This document shows positions 30,339-41,482 of a stretch of 64,000 nt of DNA, one piece after another. The stretch lies in assembly GCA_041662685.1 (NCBI GenBank), contig JBAZRZ010000003.1:1372-65371 (forward strand). The letters are read 5' to 3'. Numbering within the stretch: the first letter of the stretch is position 1; every line of letters starts with the position of its first letter. A program made the translations under genes and the position numbers. Source of the DNA: Methanoregula sp. (GTDB lineage: Archaea > Halobacteriota > Methanomicrobia > Methanomicrobiales > Methanospirillaceae). A model generated the notes under the pieces. The model was not told where the DNA came from and searched no databases. It saw nothing but the letters and a program-made list of their open reading frames with translations.

Positions 30339-31795
30339 ATGCACCGGTTTGAGCATCTTTCCACGATCATTGCAGATCTCGGGGACATTTTTGTCTTTAT
30401 TGCCCCGATCACTTGTGTTCCGCTCATTGTTGCGGTCATTTTCTCCGAGTGGAATATGCTTCTGCCCATGCTTGCCGTGCCCGTTACCTTCTACGTCATC
30501 GGCGGGCTCATACAAAGACTGCCCCGCAGTGAACGGGGCGTGAGACTTTCGACTACCCTCTGCTCGGTTGCTCTCTTCTGGTTTGCCAGTGCGATGGTGA
30601 GTGGTCTGCCGTTCATACTCGGGCTGCACATGGGATTTACCGATGCGCTTTTCGAAGGAATGGCAGGCTGGACCGGGACGGCCTTTTCCATGATGCGGTC
30701 ACTTGAGACCGCTCCCCATACCCTCCTATTCTGGCGATCCTATATGCAGTGGGTCAGCGGGATTGGGATTATCGCATTCGCGATTGCGATGGCCAGCAGC
30801 ACCGGACTTTCCCGGTCAAGGATATTCCGCACGGAAAGCAGGGACGAACCGCTGATGCAGGCAGTCGTTTCCACTGGACGGGCGCTCTGGAAGATCTATG
30901 GGATTCTTACTTTCTGTGCCCTTGGTCTCATCCTGTTCACTGGTCTCTCCTTATGGGAATCGGTCAACCTTGCGCTTGCTGCAATATCCACCGGTGGGTT
31001 TACCCTGCATGACGGGGGGATCCTGTATTACCACAGCGTGATGCTTGAACTCATTCTCATCCCGATCATGATCGCAGGTGCCCTGCCGTTCAAACTCTAT
31101 TACCTCATTGCAGAAAACCGGCGCTGGAGCTTGTTTGGCGATGAACAGGTCAAACTCTTCTTTGTCTTTGTTGCAATGGGCACTGCGGTCCTCACCTATG
31201 ATCTGGTTTTTTTTAACGACCTTGACTATCTGCCGGCTCTGCACCAGGGTCTCTTCATGACCGTTTCTGCCATCACCACTACGGGATTTTCTATCGTAAG
31301 CATCCATACGTGGGCGAGTGTGACGATTCTCTTTCTTGCCATGCTTGTCTTTATCGGGGGAGCGAGTGGCAGTACCGCAGGTGGGGTTAAATTGCACCGG
31401 GTCATGCTCGCCATCCGAGCCCTGCTCTGGTGGTTCCGGCGTCTCTTTGTCAGTGGCAAGGTGCTCCTGCCGTTCAGGCTTGATGGACGGGTGATCCCAA
31501 AGGCAACTGCAGAGCTTGAAGTCTCAAAGAATATGCTGGTGATCATCCTATCGGTTGCGGTCATCTTTGTCGCTTCACTTGCAGTCATCCAGTTCCAGGT
31601 CACTACCTTTTCATTGACAGAGATTGTCTTAGAAATCGTCTCGGCGTTCTCTACCTGCGGCCTGGGTTCCGGGTATGTATCCCCGATATGCCCGTCATCT
31701 CGAAATGGATCTTTATCTGTGTGATGTGGGTGGGCAGGCTTGAGGTTATCCCGGTAGTGATGCTTATTATGGCCCTCGTTGGCAGGCGGGAATAA
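30339..31795 (+). pseudogene. trkH: TrkH/KtrB-family K+ transporter, C-terminal frameshift
   Basis: Polytopic protein with repeated pore-loop GF/GG motifs (TTTGFS, STCGLGSG). After the C4 run at 31681-31684, the expected end (DMPVISKWIFICVMWVGRLEVIPVVMLIMAL) is in another frame and stops at 31793-31795. Confidence 0.8.
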
Positions 31796-31887
31796 CCGGG
31801 CAAACCTGCCTGTGTTACCCTGCACCACAACTTTACTTTTCTTAACATCAGAAGATCTAATATAAATTGCCACTCCATAGTACGGTG

Positions 31888-32700
31888 ATGAAACAGATCG
31901 CCCTGTATGGCAAGGGAGGTATCGGAAAGTCCACCACCTCGGCCAATCTCTCCGCCGCGCTCTCAGGTATGGGGCTTGATATCCTGCAGATCGGGTGCGA
32001 TCCCAAGCGGGACAGTACCCGGATGCTGATGCACGGGAATTTTATCCCGACCGTCATGGACCTTGTCCGGGTGCGGGGCGAAGCCCCCATAACTCTCCCG
32101 GAGATCGAGTTTACCGGGTTTAATGGTGTCCGCTGTGTGGAGGCAGGAGGGCCGGAACCCGGTGTCGGATGTGCCGGGCGGGGGATCATCGCCACGTTCC
32201 AGCTGCTCGAGAAGTTCGGGGCCTTGAAAGGCGATGTGATTGTATACGATGTGCTCGGAGATGTCGTCTGCGGGGGTTTCGCCATGCCGATGCGCGAGGG
32301 GTATGCGCAGGATGTCTATCTCGTCACTTCCGGGGAATTGATGTCGTTGTATGCCGCGAACAACATCTGCAAAGCGATACATCGTCTTTCGTCGAGGACC
32401 AAAAGCACCTGCCGGTTGGCTGGCGTGATCTGTAATGCCCGGAACCAGCCCAATGAAGAAGAGCTCGTGGCAGAGTTTGCAAAGCGGGTGAACAGCTCGC
32501 TTATCCAGTACATTCCCCGTGATAGGGTAGTGCAACTTGCCGAACTCAACCGGAAGACCGTTATTGAGTATGAACCCGCATCTGCCCAGGCTGAATGTTA
32601 CCGCAGCCTTGCCACACGGGTGATGGAGAATACCTGTTTTACTATACCCACCCCGTTAGAGATTGATGATCTTGAATCCCTTGCCTATTCATACATCTAG
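31888..32700 (+). CDS. NifH/BchL/CfbC-family Fe-protein-like ATPase
   Basis: Walker [10 protein letters not shown], switch regions, and both [4Fe-4S] Cys contexts (GVGCAGRGI and [11 protein letters not shown]). A TATA-like TAATATAAAT lies about 25 nt upstream. Confidence 0.9.
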   Translation: MKQIALYGKGGIGKSTTSANLSAALSGMGLDILQIGCDPKRDSTRMLMHGNFIPTVMDLVRVRGEAPITLPEIEFTGFNGVRCVEAGGPEPGVGCAGRGIIATFQLLEKFGALKGDVIVYDVLGDVVCGGFAMPMREGYAQDVYLVTSGELMSLYAANNICKAIHRLSSRTKSTCRLAGVICNARNQPNEEELVAEFAKRVNSSLIQYIPRDRVVQLAELNRKTVIEYEPASAQAECYRSLATRVMENTCFTIPTPLEIDDLESLAYSYI

Positions 32701-33709
32701 ATTCGGGGGCTGTACTCTCACCGGGGCTCTCTCGGTGACCACTCATGTCCGCAATACTGCCAGTATTGTCCATGGGCCAAAAGGGTGCACGCATCATAAC
32801 TTCTCCCTGTTACACGCTACAGGACTTGATAACGAGACCGTCACCCTGCCGGCACTGGTCTCAACTGCCTTGTGCGAAAGTGATATTGTGTTTGGTGGGG
32901 AAGGGGCGCTGCTCCGGACTCTTGAAGCAGTGGCAGAAAGGGATGTGGATGCAATTTTCGTGCTCTCTACCTGCATTGTTGATACCATAGGGGATGATGT
33001 AGCCGCTATCTGTGGCAGGGAGTATGGGGTGCCGGTGGTCGTTGTGCCAACCGCTGGTTTCCTCGGGGGGACCTTCCAGAACGGGGTTGTAAATGCTCTC
33101 TGTGCGATCGCTGAGGCCGCTGAACCATGTCCGGTGAATAACTGCGTGAATATTATTGGCGAGAAGAATCTTGAATACGAGATTGAGGAGAACTATGCAG
33201 AAGTCGTCCGTCTCTTAGGGACGCTCGGCATTCCTGTCAACCTGCGGTTTGTGCATGATATCACGTTCGATGAGATTGGGACTCTGGGTGCGGCCCGGCT
33301 CAACATCCTCCGGGAACCTGCGCTCATGCCGGTGGGTAATTACCTGAAACAGCGTTTTGGTACCCCTTTTATCCCGTCCTTCCCATTCGGGCTCTCCGGG
33401 ACCCTCTCGTTTGTGGAGTCAGTTGCCGAAACATTTGGCATAGACAGCAGTCATGCTGTGGAAAAAGAACACCTGTTCCAAAGTGATACGCTCGCTGGGT
33501 TTTCCGATCTCACCGGGATGACCGCGTCGTTTGACCCGGCGATGAGTGATCCGGATGGCGTGAATTCTTCATCCGAAGTGGCAGAGGCATTGCAGATCCA
33601 TGTGAAAAACCCGGGCACAAGCGGCATCCCGCTCGATCCCGGCACCCCGGTGGGGACAAGCGGTGTGCGGCGTATGCTCCACCACTGGAGGCGCCAGCTT
33701 CATGCCTGA
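32666..33709 (+). CDS. nitrogenase component-1-like protein (NifD/NifE/BchN-type oxidoreductase)
   Basis: About 347 aa with three Cys in NifD-like contexts: [17 protein letters not shown] and [12 protein letters not shown]. Confidence 0.8.
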   Translation: MILNPLPIHTSRFGGCTLTGALSVTTHVRNTASIVHGPKGCTHHNFSLLHATGLDNETVTLPALVSTALCESDIVFGGEGALLRTLEAVAERDVDAIFVLSTCIVDTIGDDVAAICGREYGVPVVVVPTAGFLGGTFQNGVVNALCAIAEAAEPCPVNNCVNIIGEKNLEYEIEENYAEVVRLLGTLGIPVNLRFVHDITFDEIGTLGAARLNILREPALMPVGNYLKQRFGTPFIPSFPFGLSGTLSFVESVAETFGIDSSHAVEKEHLFQSDTLAGFSDLTGMTASFDPAMSDPDGVNSSSEVAEALQIHVKNPGTSGIPLDPGTPVGTSGVRRMLHHWRRQLHA

Positions 33710-34832
33710 ATGCACCAATCCCCTCTGGCCCTGTGCGATGACCGGGGCTGCTGCCTGCCTTGCAGGATTCGAGGGGATGACGGTAGTGATCCACGGATCG
33801 AGCGGCTGCTACTATTATCCCACAACACTCCTTCATGCTCCTCTGCACGGAACGTTCATTCTCGAACACGAGATCATCTTCGGCTCAGAGGACCGGCTCA
33901 ACGAAGTGATTGGCGGGTTGTCCGGCCGGGGCAAACGCATTGCGGTTATCACCACTTGTGTTCCGGCAATTCTTGGCGAGGATATCCGGTCGATGCTTGA
34001 AAAGCACGATGTGATCCTCGTGGACAGCCCGGGTTTTTCCGGGGATGTGGAAGCGGGATACAAAAATGCCCTCTCGATACTGGCACCCAGGGTTGATCCC
34101 GGTGCCAGTGGCGTGAACATTGACGGTGTCTGCCTGTTCGATCCATTCTATGCTGGCAATGTGCAGGAGATCCTGCGATTGCTGAGTATGGCCGGTATTC
34201 CGGTGGGGACAATATTTTCGCATGATCGGCTCGAAAAGGTGCAGCACGCTTCACCGTATACGATCGGTACCAACGAGGATTTCTGGAGTGGTATTGGCAA
34301 GTATTGTGGAGGGACGCTCGGGTTCCGGGCGATTGAGGCTACATTCAGAAGGCTGGGGGAGGTGTTTGCGGATGCGGATGTGGACCGGGTCTTTCTGGAA
34401 CTTGAACAGCAGGAAGAGCGAATGGTCCGGGCTTGCGACAAGTACCTGCTCCGGTTCGATCCCCCTTCTGTTGTAATCTTTGCCGGTTTTTCCTATGCAG
34501 TACATGTTGCAACGACACTCGAACGATATCTGGATGCAGATATACGGTGTATCGGTTCGCGCAATACTCCTGGCGAATCGAAATATCCTGTTGAACAAGT
34601 TACCGGGCTTGATGGGGTACGAGCCCTCATCGGACAGTATCATCCTGATCTGGTGATGGGGTCATCCTTTGAGCGTTCAGTCTGTGAAGCCCGGGCCTTT
34701 ACCAGCATCACCCCTCCGTTGAGGGGAACCATCCGGCTTGCTCCCATTCCCTTTGTGGGAATAAACGGTACCCTTTCTCTCGTGGAGCAAGTGCTCAACA
34801 CCTGCATGGACAAAAAACCGCTCAAACCCTGA
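33702..34832 (+). CDS. nitrogenase component-1-like protein (NifK/NifN/BchB-type partner)
   Basis: About 376 aa, paralogous to the previous gene. Cys contexts are WPCAMTGA, HGSSGCYYYP and ITTCVPAILGED. There is an 8-nt overlap with the upstream gene. Confidence 0.8.
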   Translation: MPECTNPLWPCAMTGAAACLAGFEGMTVVIHGSSGCYYYPTTLLHAPLHGTFILEHEIIFGSEDRLNEVIGGLSGRGKRIAVITTCVPAILGEDIRSMLEKHDVILVDSPGFSGDVEAGYKNALSILAPRVDPGASGVNIDGVCLFDPFYAGNVQEILRLLSMAGIPVGTIFSHDRLEKVQHASPYTIGTNEDFWSGIGKYCGGTLGFRAIEATFRRLGEVFADADVDRVFLELEQQEERMVRACDKYLLRFDPPSVVIFAGFSYAVHVATTLERYLDADIRCIGSRNTPGESKYPVEQVTGLDGVRALIGQYHPDLVMGSSFERSVCEARAFTSITPPLRGTIRLAPIPFVGINGTLSLVEQVLNTCMDKKPLKP

Positions 34833-34984
34833 TCTTAAGAGTAACTCCAACTTTTTCGAATACCGACCATGCAATTCTTTTCCTCTCTTGTAATTGATTG
34901 ATTTTTTCACTTTCACCCTGCGCACGGTCACGGGTTATATAGCCGGCATTGCAACGCAATACTACGACAGAAAGGTGGTCGGGT

Positions 34985-35395
34985 ATGATGAAAAAAGCAG
35001 GGTATCTCCAGCGGACCGGGTACAGCGCAATTGATAACGAAGGGAATATTCATGCAGTGATCGAATTCCATATCCTTGGAAACCGGTATGCTATACGGCG
35101 TTCTGATCTTTCAAAGGCAGTCTCCGGTCACGTCTTTGTGCAACTGAAGGAGCTCACCCACCAGTGGCAGTACTACCTTGGCGCAGTAAAAGGGCTGGCA
35201 CAGGTCTCGGTCTCCGGTAAAGCCTTAAACATCGAGTTGTTCGAGGTCGGGAATTTTACGGTCTCCTTAAACTCGCTCCGTGGTGTGATGTACGGAAAAG
35301 AGCGTCTGACAACCATCGTGAAGATCCCGGTACAGCCTGCCATCAGCGCCCGTCGGGGTGTCTACGGGCAGCAGCAGATCAGTGCGGTAGTATAA
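34985..35395 (+). CDS. hypothetical protein
   Basis: 136-148 aa ORF with no motif I recognise. The coding call rests on length and position only. Confidence 0.3.
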   Translation: MMKKAGYLQRTGYSAIDNEGNIHAVIEFHILGNRYAIRRSDLSKAVSGHVFVQLKELTHQWQYYLGAVKGLAQVSVSGKALNIELFEVGNFTVSLNSLRGVMYGKERLTTIVKIPVQPAISARRGVYGQQQISAVV

Positions 35396-35516
35396 ACGGC
35401 AGGCTGATGGCACAACTGGCTGAGTCATGTTGTGATCACCGGCAATCCGTTAGTAAATCTCTCTTTTTTCAGGTGCAATCGTGCAACATTAATAGTTCTG
35501 CGACAGATGATCATAT

Positions 35517-36524
35517 GTGGAGAAGAACACTCCTCTTTTATCCGGTAATTCAGACGTGAACCGGCACAAAGAAACAGTGGTTAGGATGATAGACACCACG
35601 GATACTATGTACCGGGATCTGGTGGAATGCCAGCAGGATCTGATCGTTCAGTTCAATCTGGAAGGCCACCTTCTTTTCGTGAACTCTGCATACTGTGAAG
35701 CGGTAGGGAAATCCAGAGGGGCATTGGCCGGTAGTGTGTTCATGCCCGTCACCAGCGAGCGGTATGCTGACGTTATTGCCACCCAGATGACCAAACTCTT
35801 CCGTCCGCCATTTGCCTGCACTGTGGAGCAGTGGATCCAGACGCCCAAGGGAATGCGGTGCTTCAGCTGGTCGGCAAAGTCTGTGCTGAATGGTTCTGCT
35901 ACGGTAGAATCGATCGTAGCTACCGGCCATGATATCACCCGGATCAAGAGCGAGCAGAGAGCGATAAGAAAGAAAGATGAGAAACTGATGCTCGCCATCG
36001 AGAGCGGGAACCAGATGTATTACACCCATACTCCTGATCATACCATGATGTTTGTGAGCCCACGGCTCCGGACACTTCTCGGGTGTCGCCCAAATGACGG
36101 AAAACGCATCTGGACCGATTACCTCACTGATAACCCGATGAATGGCGCGGGGCTTGAACGGACGATCAAGGCGATCGCATCCGGCAGGCGCGAGCCTCCC
36201 TACCGGCTGGAGATGAGCACGCGTGACGGGCGCATCATACGGCTTGAAGTCAATGAGATTCCGCTGGTGAAGAATGGAAAGACGGTCTCGATAGCGGGTT
36301 GCGTAACCGATGTTACCGAAAAAGCGCTGGTTGAAGAAGGGTTGGCTGAGGCAGAGATTTTGATTCCTGACCTTGCTCCTGCAAAAAAGTGTCTCGCAGG
36401 GCAACCGGTTTACCCGGTCTCCCGCCCAAAAAAGCCGCTTGGTTTTTTCCAGCCCCTCTTCTCCCGGAAGCCGGATGAGGAAGAGGATGATATTTTTTCT
36501 GACCTTCCCCGGAACCTGAAATAG
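35517..36524 (+). CDS. PAS-domain protein (two PAS/PAC modules, no output domain)
   Basis: Contains YRDLVECQQDLIVQFNLEGHLLFVNSAYCEAVG, and a second module with ...MFVSPRLRTLLG... Confidence 0.7.
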   Translation: MEKNTPLLSGNSDVNRHKETVVRMIDTTDTMYRDLVECQQDLIVQFNLEGHLLFVNSAYCEAVGKSRGALAGSVFMPVTSERYADVIATQMTKLFRPPFACTVEQWIQTPKGMRCFSWSAKSVLNGSATVESIVATGHDITRIKSEQRAIRKKDEKLMLAIESGNQMYYTHTPDHTMMFVSPRLRTLLGCRPNDGKRIWTDYLTDNPMNGAGLERTIKAIASGRREPPYRLEMSTRDGRIIRLEVNEIPLVKNGKTVSIAGCVTDVTEKALVEEGLAEAEILIPDLAPAKKCLAGQPVYPVSRPKKPLGFFQPLFSRKPDEEEDDIFSDLPRNLK

Positions 36525-36872
36525 CTCGCATGGGGTGATGCTACAGGATGCGGACGGGGGAACCCCCCCCTGATCACGAGGTACCCTCCCATAAGTTCAG
36601 GTACTACATATTTGGCCCGGGCCCGGGGAACTACATCACCGTTCACATTCCCCGTGAAGCGCTGGTTGCTTGGTTGCAAAACGAGGGGTGATGGTTGTGT
36701 GAATAGAGGTTTTGAGACATATGAGAGAAAGGGGCGATGAAAAGAAGTACGGGAGATTGAGGCAACAAGAAACTTTCATCTCTATTCAAGAGGTTTTGTG
36801 GCAGGTGGAAATCAGCTTCCATATATATCAAAAAAAGACAAGTCAGTAGTATTCATTCAGGTTTGATTGCTA

Positions 36873-37469
36873 ATGACTGAAACAAGCGGTAACAAGAGAT
36901 CTATTGTAGAGATTAAGGACATCACTGCAGGAGCCGGGGCACTCGGACTTCTTGGATACGGCATGCCGGGTGTTCTCTTAAGTCTTACCAATGCAGGAAT
37001 AATCCAGGCCGGATCCATGATCCTTGCTATGGCGATCTTCATGGGTGAATTTGCCATGTTTACCGCCGGCCTGATGGAGTGGAAGAAGGGTAATACCTAT
37101 GGCATGGTGGCCTATTCCTCGTATGGCCTGTTCTGGTTCTCGTTTGCAGCACTTCTTCTCCTGCCGGTGCTTGGGCTCGCGAAAGATACCGGTGGCGCAG
37201 GTGCAATGGCTGCATATCTCGCTCTCTGGGGTCTCTTTACGGTGTTTATGTTTATTGGATCGTTAAAAATGTCACGTGCCCTCGCGTTTGTCCTCGGGAC
37301 GCTTGCACTTGTGTTTTTCTTAAAAGCTGCTGGCGCTGCAACGGGTACCGGGATGTTCACCATAGTTGCCGGGTATATTGGTATAATCAGCGGCCTCGCT
37401 TCGATTTACACGGCCCTCGCACCGATTCTCAATGATATCTACGGCAAGACTGTCGCACCAATTGGATAG
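36873..37469 (+). CDS. GPR1/FUN34/YaaH (SatP) family acetate/succinate channel
   Basis: Six TM helices, an N-terminal (N)PA.LGL-like AGALGLLGYG, and YGLFWFSF. Confidence 0.75.
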   Translation: MTETSGNKRSIVEIKDITAGAGALGLLGYGMPGVLLSLTNAGIIQAGSMILAMAIFMGEFAMFTAGLMEWKKGNTYGMVAYSSYGLFWFSFAALLLLPVLGLAKDTGGAGAMAAYLALWGLFTVFMFIGSLKMSRALAFVLGTLALVFFLKAAGAATGTGMFTIVAGYIGIISGLASIYTALAPILNDIYGKTVAPIG

Positions 37470-37745
37470 ATTGAGTGCTTGGAACAAAATTAAGAGAAAC
37501 TATCAGGGGGAATTATTCCCTGCCCGTTTTCACTTCACATATCCCTTCGTTATCCTTTATTGTATGGCCGTTTTTTTAAAGCAGATATTTCACTTTGGCC
37601 GGGCGTAAGTCTGTATCACTTTGATGCTTTTTCCGGTGGCACGGTCCCCCCTTTCTACCGTTGTTGCGGCGGCTCACATCCTGAATGAAGGAACCCGGTA
37701 CGAGAGATTAAATTTTCTTACAACCCTAGTTTAGACTAGTATACT

Positions 37746-38375
37746 ATGACAGAAGAGAAGGAGAACGTTGAGGAGATGCACCTCACCAAGGGCAGGCTGG
37801 AAGCGCTTTCTGACGGTATCTTTGCGTTCGCGATGACGCTCCTTGTCATCGGGCTGAACCTGCCGGACAAGGCTACTATTGTGCAATCGAACGTATTTGC
37901 ACTGCATTTTATCCTTGCCCTCTATTCCGATTTCTTTCATTATGTCATCGCCTTCCTGATTCTGGGGGCATTCTGGCTCAGCCAGCACCAGCAGTTCCAT
38001 TCCGTGCGGGTCCCAGACAAGATGTTTATCTGGATTAACCTCGTGACGCTCATGTTTGTCGCACTCCTCCCTTTTTCCACTTCGTTTTCCGGGGATTTCT
38101 CTGGTGCTTCCCTGGGTGCGATTGTGTTTGAGGCAAATCTCTTTGCGATCGGTATGGGCATATCCTGCCAGTGGTGGTATGCAACAAACAACTGCCGGCT
38201 AACCGAGTCCACGCTGAAACCCGCATATATCCGGGGAGTCCTTATTGGGAATCTTGTCGTCCCCACGGTCTCGGTAATATGTATTCTTTTCGCGTCGACA
38301 GGAGCCTTATGGAGTACGGCACTTTACATGACGCTTCCCCTTGTCGACTACGCAGTAGACCGGTATTTCCGGTGA
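37746..38375 (+). CDS. TMEM175-family (DUF1211) K+ channel
   Basis: Signature RLEALSDGIFAFAMTLLV on TM1, and six TM helices. Confidence 0.8.
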   Translation: MTEEKENVEEMHLTKGRLEALSDGIFAFAMTLLVIGLNLPDKATIVQSNVFALHFILALYSDFFHYVIAFLILGAFWLSQHQQFHSVRVPDKMFIWINLVTLMFVALLPFSTSFSGDFSGASLGAIVFEANLFAIGMGISCQWWYATNNCRLTESTLKPAYIRGVLIGNLVVPTVSVICILFASTGALWSTALYMTLPLVDYAVDRYFR

Positions 38376-38444
38376 TGAAGGGCAAAAGGCCGCATCATTT
38401 CCCGGAATTATGGCAGAAAAAAGATGGAAATCCGAATAACCGGA

Positions 38445-39563
38445 TTATCGTCCTTTACGGACGCACTCGGCGATATATGACCCGGCCTTTGTAGTCCGTG
38501 CCGAACCGCCCATGTCCTTGGTCACAACGCCTTCTTTTATACTCTGCTCAATAGCAGTTACAACTGCGGCAGCTGCCTTGTGCTCCCCGATATGATCGAG
38601 CAGTAACGATCCCGCCCAGATGGTGGCAATTGGGTTTGCAACACTCATGCCCTTGTACTTGGGTGCCGAACCGTGGATGGGCTCGAACATCGATGTGCCT
38701 TTCGGGTTGATGTTGCCGCCGGGGGCCAGGCCAAGCCCGCCCTGGATCATGGCGCCGAGATCGGTGATGATATCGCCAAACATGTTGGGCGTAACCACGA
38801 CATCGAACCACTCGGGGTTCTTGACAAACCACGTGGTGACGGCATCGACGAAGTTGAAATCGGTCTTGACTTCAGGGTAGGCTTTAGCGGTCTCGGTGAA
38901 CACGTCGCGCCAGAGCCCGTACACGTCAGAGAGGACATTGGCTTTGTCCACGGACGTGAGTTTCTTCTCCCGCTGCATGGCAAGGTCAAAGGCATAGGTC
39001 TGAACCCGGCGTGAACCCTCGCGGGTGACGACCCCTATCTGGTACGCGATCTCCTCGGCATCGCTCTCCACGTCAAGGCCGAACTTCACGCTGTACATAT
39101 CACGGATTACGTTGAGTTCCTTCTTCTCGTGTTTCTTAAAACGGGAACCGATTCCCACATAGAAGTCTTCGGTGTTCTCCCGCACTACAACAAAGTCGAT
39201 ATCCGCAGGAGTCTTGCCGGCAAGCGGGGTTTCGACGCCGCTTAAGAGCTTCATGGGCCGGAGATTGACATACATGTCGAAATGGAAGCGGAGCGCCAGC
39301 AGGATGCCTTTTTCAAGGATACCCGGCTTTACCCGCTCGTCGCCAATCGCACCGAAATAGATTGCCTTGAACTTTGAGAGTTCCTCAAGTTCCTCCTCGG
39401 TGACGAGTTTTCGTGAATTGATATACCGGTCAGCCCCGATATCGAAATCGGTCCACTGGATATCGAAATTGAACCGTTCTCCTGCTGCTTCTAATACCTT
39501 CTTTCCCTCGGCCACGATCTCCGGGCCGATACCGTCTCCGCCTATACTTGCGATCTTGTACAT
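38445..39563 (-). CDS. leuB: 3-isopropylmalate (or homoisocitrate) dehydrogenase
   Basis: 372 aa beta-decarboxylating dehydrogenase ([33 protein letters not shown]). Confidence 0.8.
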   Translation of the reverse strand: MYKIASIGGDGIGPEIVAEGKKVLEAAGERFNFDIQWTDFDIGADRYINSRKLVTEEELEELSKFKAIYFGAIGDERVKPGILEKGILLALRFHFDMYVNLRPMKLLSGVETPLAGKTPADIDFVVVRENTEDFYVGIGSRFKKHEKKELNVIRDMYSVKFGLDVESDAEEIAYQIGVVTREGSRRVQTYAFDLAMQREKKLTSVDKANVLSDVYGLWRDVFTETAKAYPEVKTDFNFVDAVTTWFVKNPEWFDVVVTPNMFGDIITDLGAMIQGGLGLAPGGNINPKGTSMFEPIHGSAPKYKGMSVANPIATIWAGSLLLDHIGEHKAAAAVVTAIEQSIKEGVVTKDMGGSARTTKAGSYIAECVRKGR

Positions 39564-40039
39564 ACCGGAACCTCCTTTAACTTCTTTGCATACTCAACAA
39601 GCCCGCCGGCATCGATGATGCCCTGCATGAACTCCGGCACCGGCTCGGTCTTGAATTGTTTGCCGTCCGCTTCGATGATGCCTTTTTTGATATTGAGGGT
39701 GATCTTTGCCCCATCTGCAATCTTGTCTGCATCTTTGCATACCACGGGAAGCACCCCGACATTCACGGAATTCCTAAAAAATATCCGGGCAAACGACTGG
39801 GCTACTACCACGTTAACTCCCCCGCCAATAAGGGCGAGCGGGGTATGTTCGCGGGAAGAGCCGCAGCCGAAGTTACGGCCGCCGACTATAATGTCTCCTG
39901 CCTTCACTTTCTTTGCATACTCATCACGTGTGCCTTCAAAGGCGTGCTTTGAGAGTTCCTTTGGATCATAAATTGTCAGGAACCGGCCCGGAATGATGGC
40001 ATCCGTATCGATATCATCCCCGAACTTCCAGACTCGCAT
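39542..40039 (-). CDS. leuD: 3-isopropylmalate dehydratase / homoaconitase small subunit
   Basis: 165 aa with [17 protein letters not shown] and [12 protein letters not shown]. The specificity loop reads FLTI, with no Arg, so it is more IPMI-like than homoaconitase-like. Confidence 0.75.
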   Translation of the reverse strand: MRVWKFGDDIDTDAIIPGRFLTIYDPKELSKHAFEGTRDEYAKKVKAGDIIVGGRNFGCGSSREHTPLALIGGGVNVVVAQSFARIFFRNSVNVGVLPVVCKDADKIADGAKITLNIKKGIIEADGKQFKTEPVPEFMQGIIDAGGLVEYAKKLKEVPVCTRSQV

Positions 40040-40041
40040 AT

Positions 40042-41292
40042 TCAGACCTCCCTTGGGTCGGTAATAACACCCGTGATCGCGCTTGCCGTTGCGGTTGCCG
40101 GGGAGCAGAGGTATACCTTACCCTCGGCACTTCCCTGTCGGCCCTTGAAGTTCCGGTTCGAAGTCGACAGCGACACCTCACCGGGTGCCAGGAGCCCGAA
40201 TGCCCCCCCCATGCAGGGGCCGCAGCACGGCGCTTCCACGAGGGCTCCTGCCTTGACGAACTTCTCTATGAGCCCGGCCTTCAAGGTCTTTAAGTACTCG
40301 TCCCGTGATGCCGGGATGATGATGACCCGGGCGTTCCGGTTGAACTTCTTCTTGCCCAGCACATCTGCTGCTTCCTCAAGATCCTCAAATCGCCCGTTCG
40401 TGCACGAACCGATGAACACCTGGTCTACGTGCGTTCCGGCAACCTTGCTGACCGGCACACCCGTATCCACATTGTGCGGAACAGCGACCTGTGGTTCCAT
40501 ATCCGAGACATTGAATATGCGTTTGCTTACGTATTTTGCATCATCATCGCTCTCCAGTTCGAACGACTTCATCTTGCGTCGCCCCTTCATGTACGCCCAG
40601 GTGATCTTGTCGGGTGCGACAATGCCGGCCTTTCCGCCCATCTCAATGGCCATATTGCATAGCGTCATCCGGCCTGGCATATCAAGTTTCGAAATGGTTT
40701 TTCCGGCAAATTCTATTGCCTGGTAGGTTGCACCATCGGCCCCGATATCTGCTGCAATCGAAAGGATCAGGTCTTTTGCCCCGACACGCTTTGGGAACGT
40801 CCCCGATACCTCGGCACGGATGGTCTCGGGCACCTTGAAGTATAAGGCACCGTATTTCAGGATAAAACCCATATCCGTTGAACCGATACCGGTAGCAAAC
40901 GCTCCCGCCGCACCGTACATGCAAGTGTGAGAATCAGCCCCGACCACGATCTCGCCCGGAGCTGCTCTTCCTCTCTCGAGCACTACCTGGTGACAGACCC
41001 CTTCATTGATGTCATAGTTGTAAATCCCCTGCTCGGCGGCAAACTTCCGCATGTAGACATGGTTTTCTGCAGCAGGAATGGAATCTGCCGGAATCTGGTG
41101 GTCAAAGAGCATAATGACGTGTTCCGGGTCAAAGACGTTGGATCCACCCATCTCGTAGAACTTCTGGATGGCAAGCGGCCCGGTAATATCGTGAATCATT
41201 GCGCCGTCAATCGGCGCCATGACCACTTCACCGGCTCGTATATCGCTGCCACATTTTTTAGAAAATATTTTCTCTACGATTGTTGCTCCCAT
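40042..41292 (-). CDS. leuC: 3-isopropylmalate dehydratase / homoaconitase large subunit
   Basis: 416 aa aconitase-family protein (GADSHT, GSCTNGR, CGPCMG). Confidence 0.85.
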   Translation of the reverse strand: MGATIVEKIFSKKCGSDIRAGEVVMAPIDGAMIHDITGPLAIQKFYEMGGSNVFDPEHVIMLFDHQIPADSIPAAENHVYMRKFAAEQGIYNYDINEGVCHQVVLERGRAAPGEIVVGADSHTCMYGAAGAFATGIGSTDMGFILKYGALYFKVPETIRAEVSGTFPKRVGAKDLILSIAADIGADGATYQAIEFAGKTISKLDMPGRMTLCNMAIEMGGKAGIVAPDKITWAYMKGRRKMKSFELESDDDAKYVSKRIFNVSDMEPQVAVPHNVDTGVPVSKVAGTHVDQVFIGSCTNGRFEDLEEAADVLGKKKFNRNARVIIIPASRDEYLKTLKAGLIEKFVKAGALVEAPCCGPCMGGAFGLLAPGEVSLSTSNRNFKGRQGSAEGKVYLCSPATATASAITGVITDPREV

Positions 41293-41482
41293 GCTAAATC
41301 GTGTTACTATGTGTTGTCAATTTTATTTTAGTTTGGGGGAGAATGCCGTTCAATGTAAATAATAGCCTAAAAGTAGTTCCTTCGTATCCCCCCTCGGAAA
41401 TTCATTCAAGCCATAACTGCGGGTTTTTTCGCAGTCAAAGTAATCTTTAATCCCCTTTCCTGTCAAGGTTATGTGATAACCA

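Noticed and set aside
31888-34832. Possibility that this is a genuine Mo-nitrogenase nifHDK operon
   Set aside because: The D- and K-like products are only about 350-375 aa. No nifI1/nifI2 lie between H and D as I would expect in a methanogen nif operon, and no nifE/N/B are nearby. I kept it as a nitrogenase-like system of unknown substrate.
35550-36404. 284-aa ORF on the minus strand
   Set aside because: It is antisense to the PAS-domain gene, whose PAS motifs are clear. The shadow ORF has no recognisable features.
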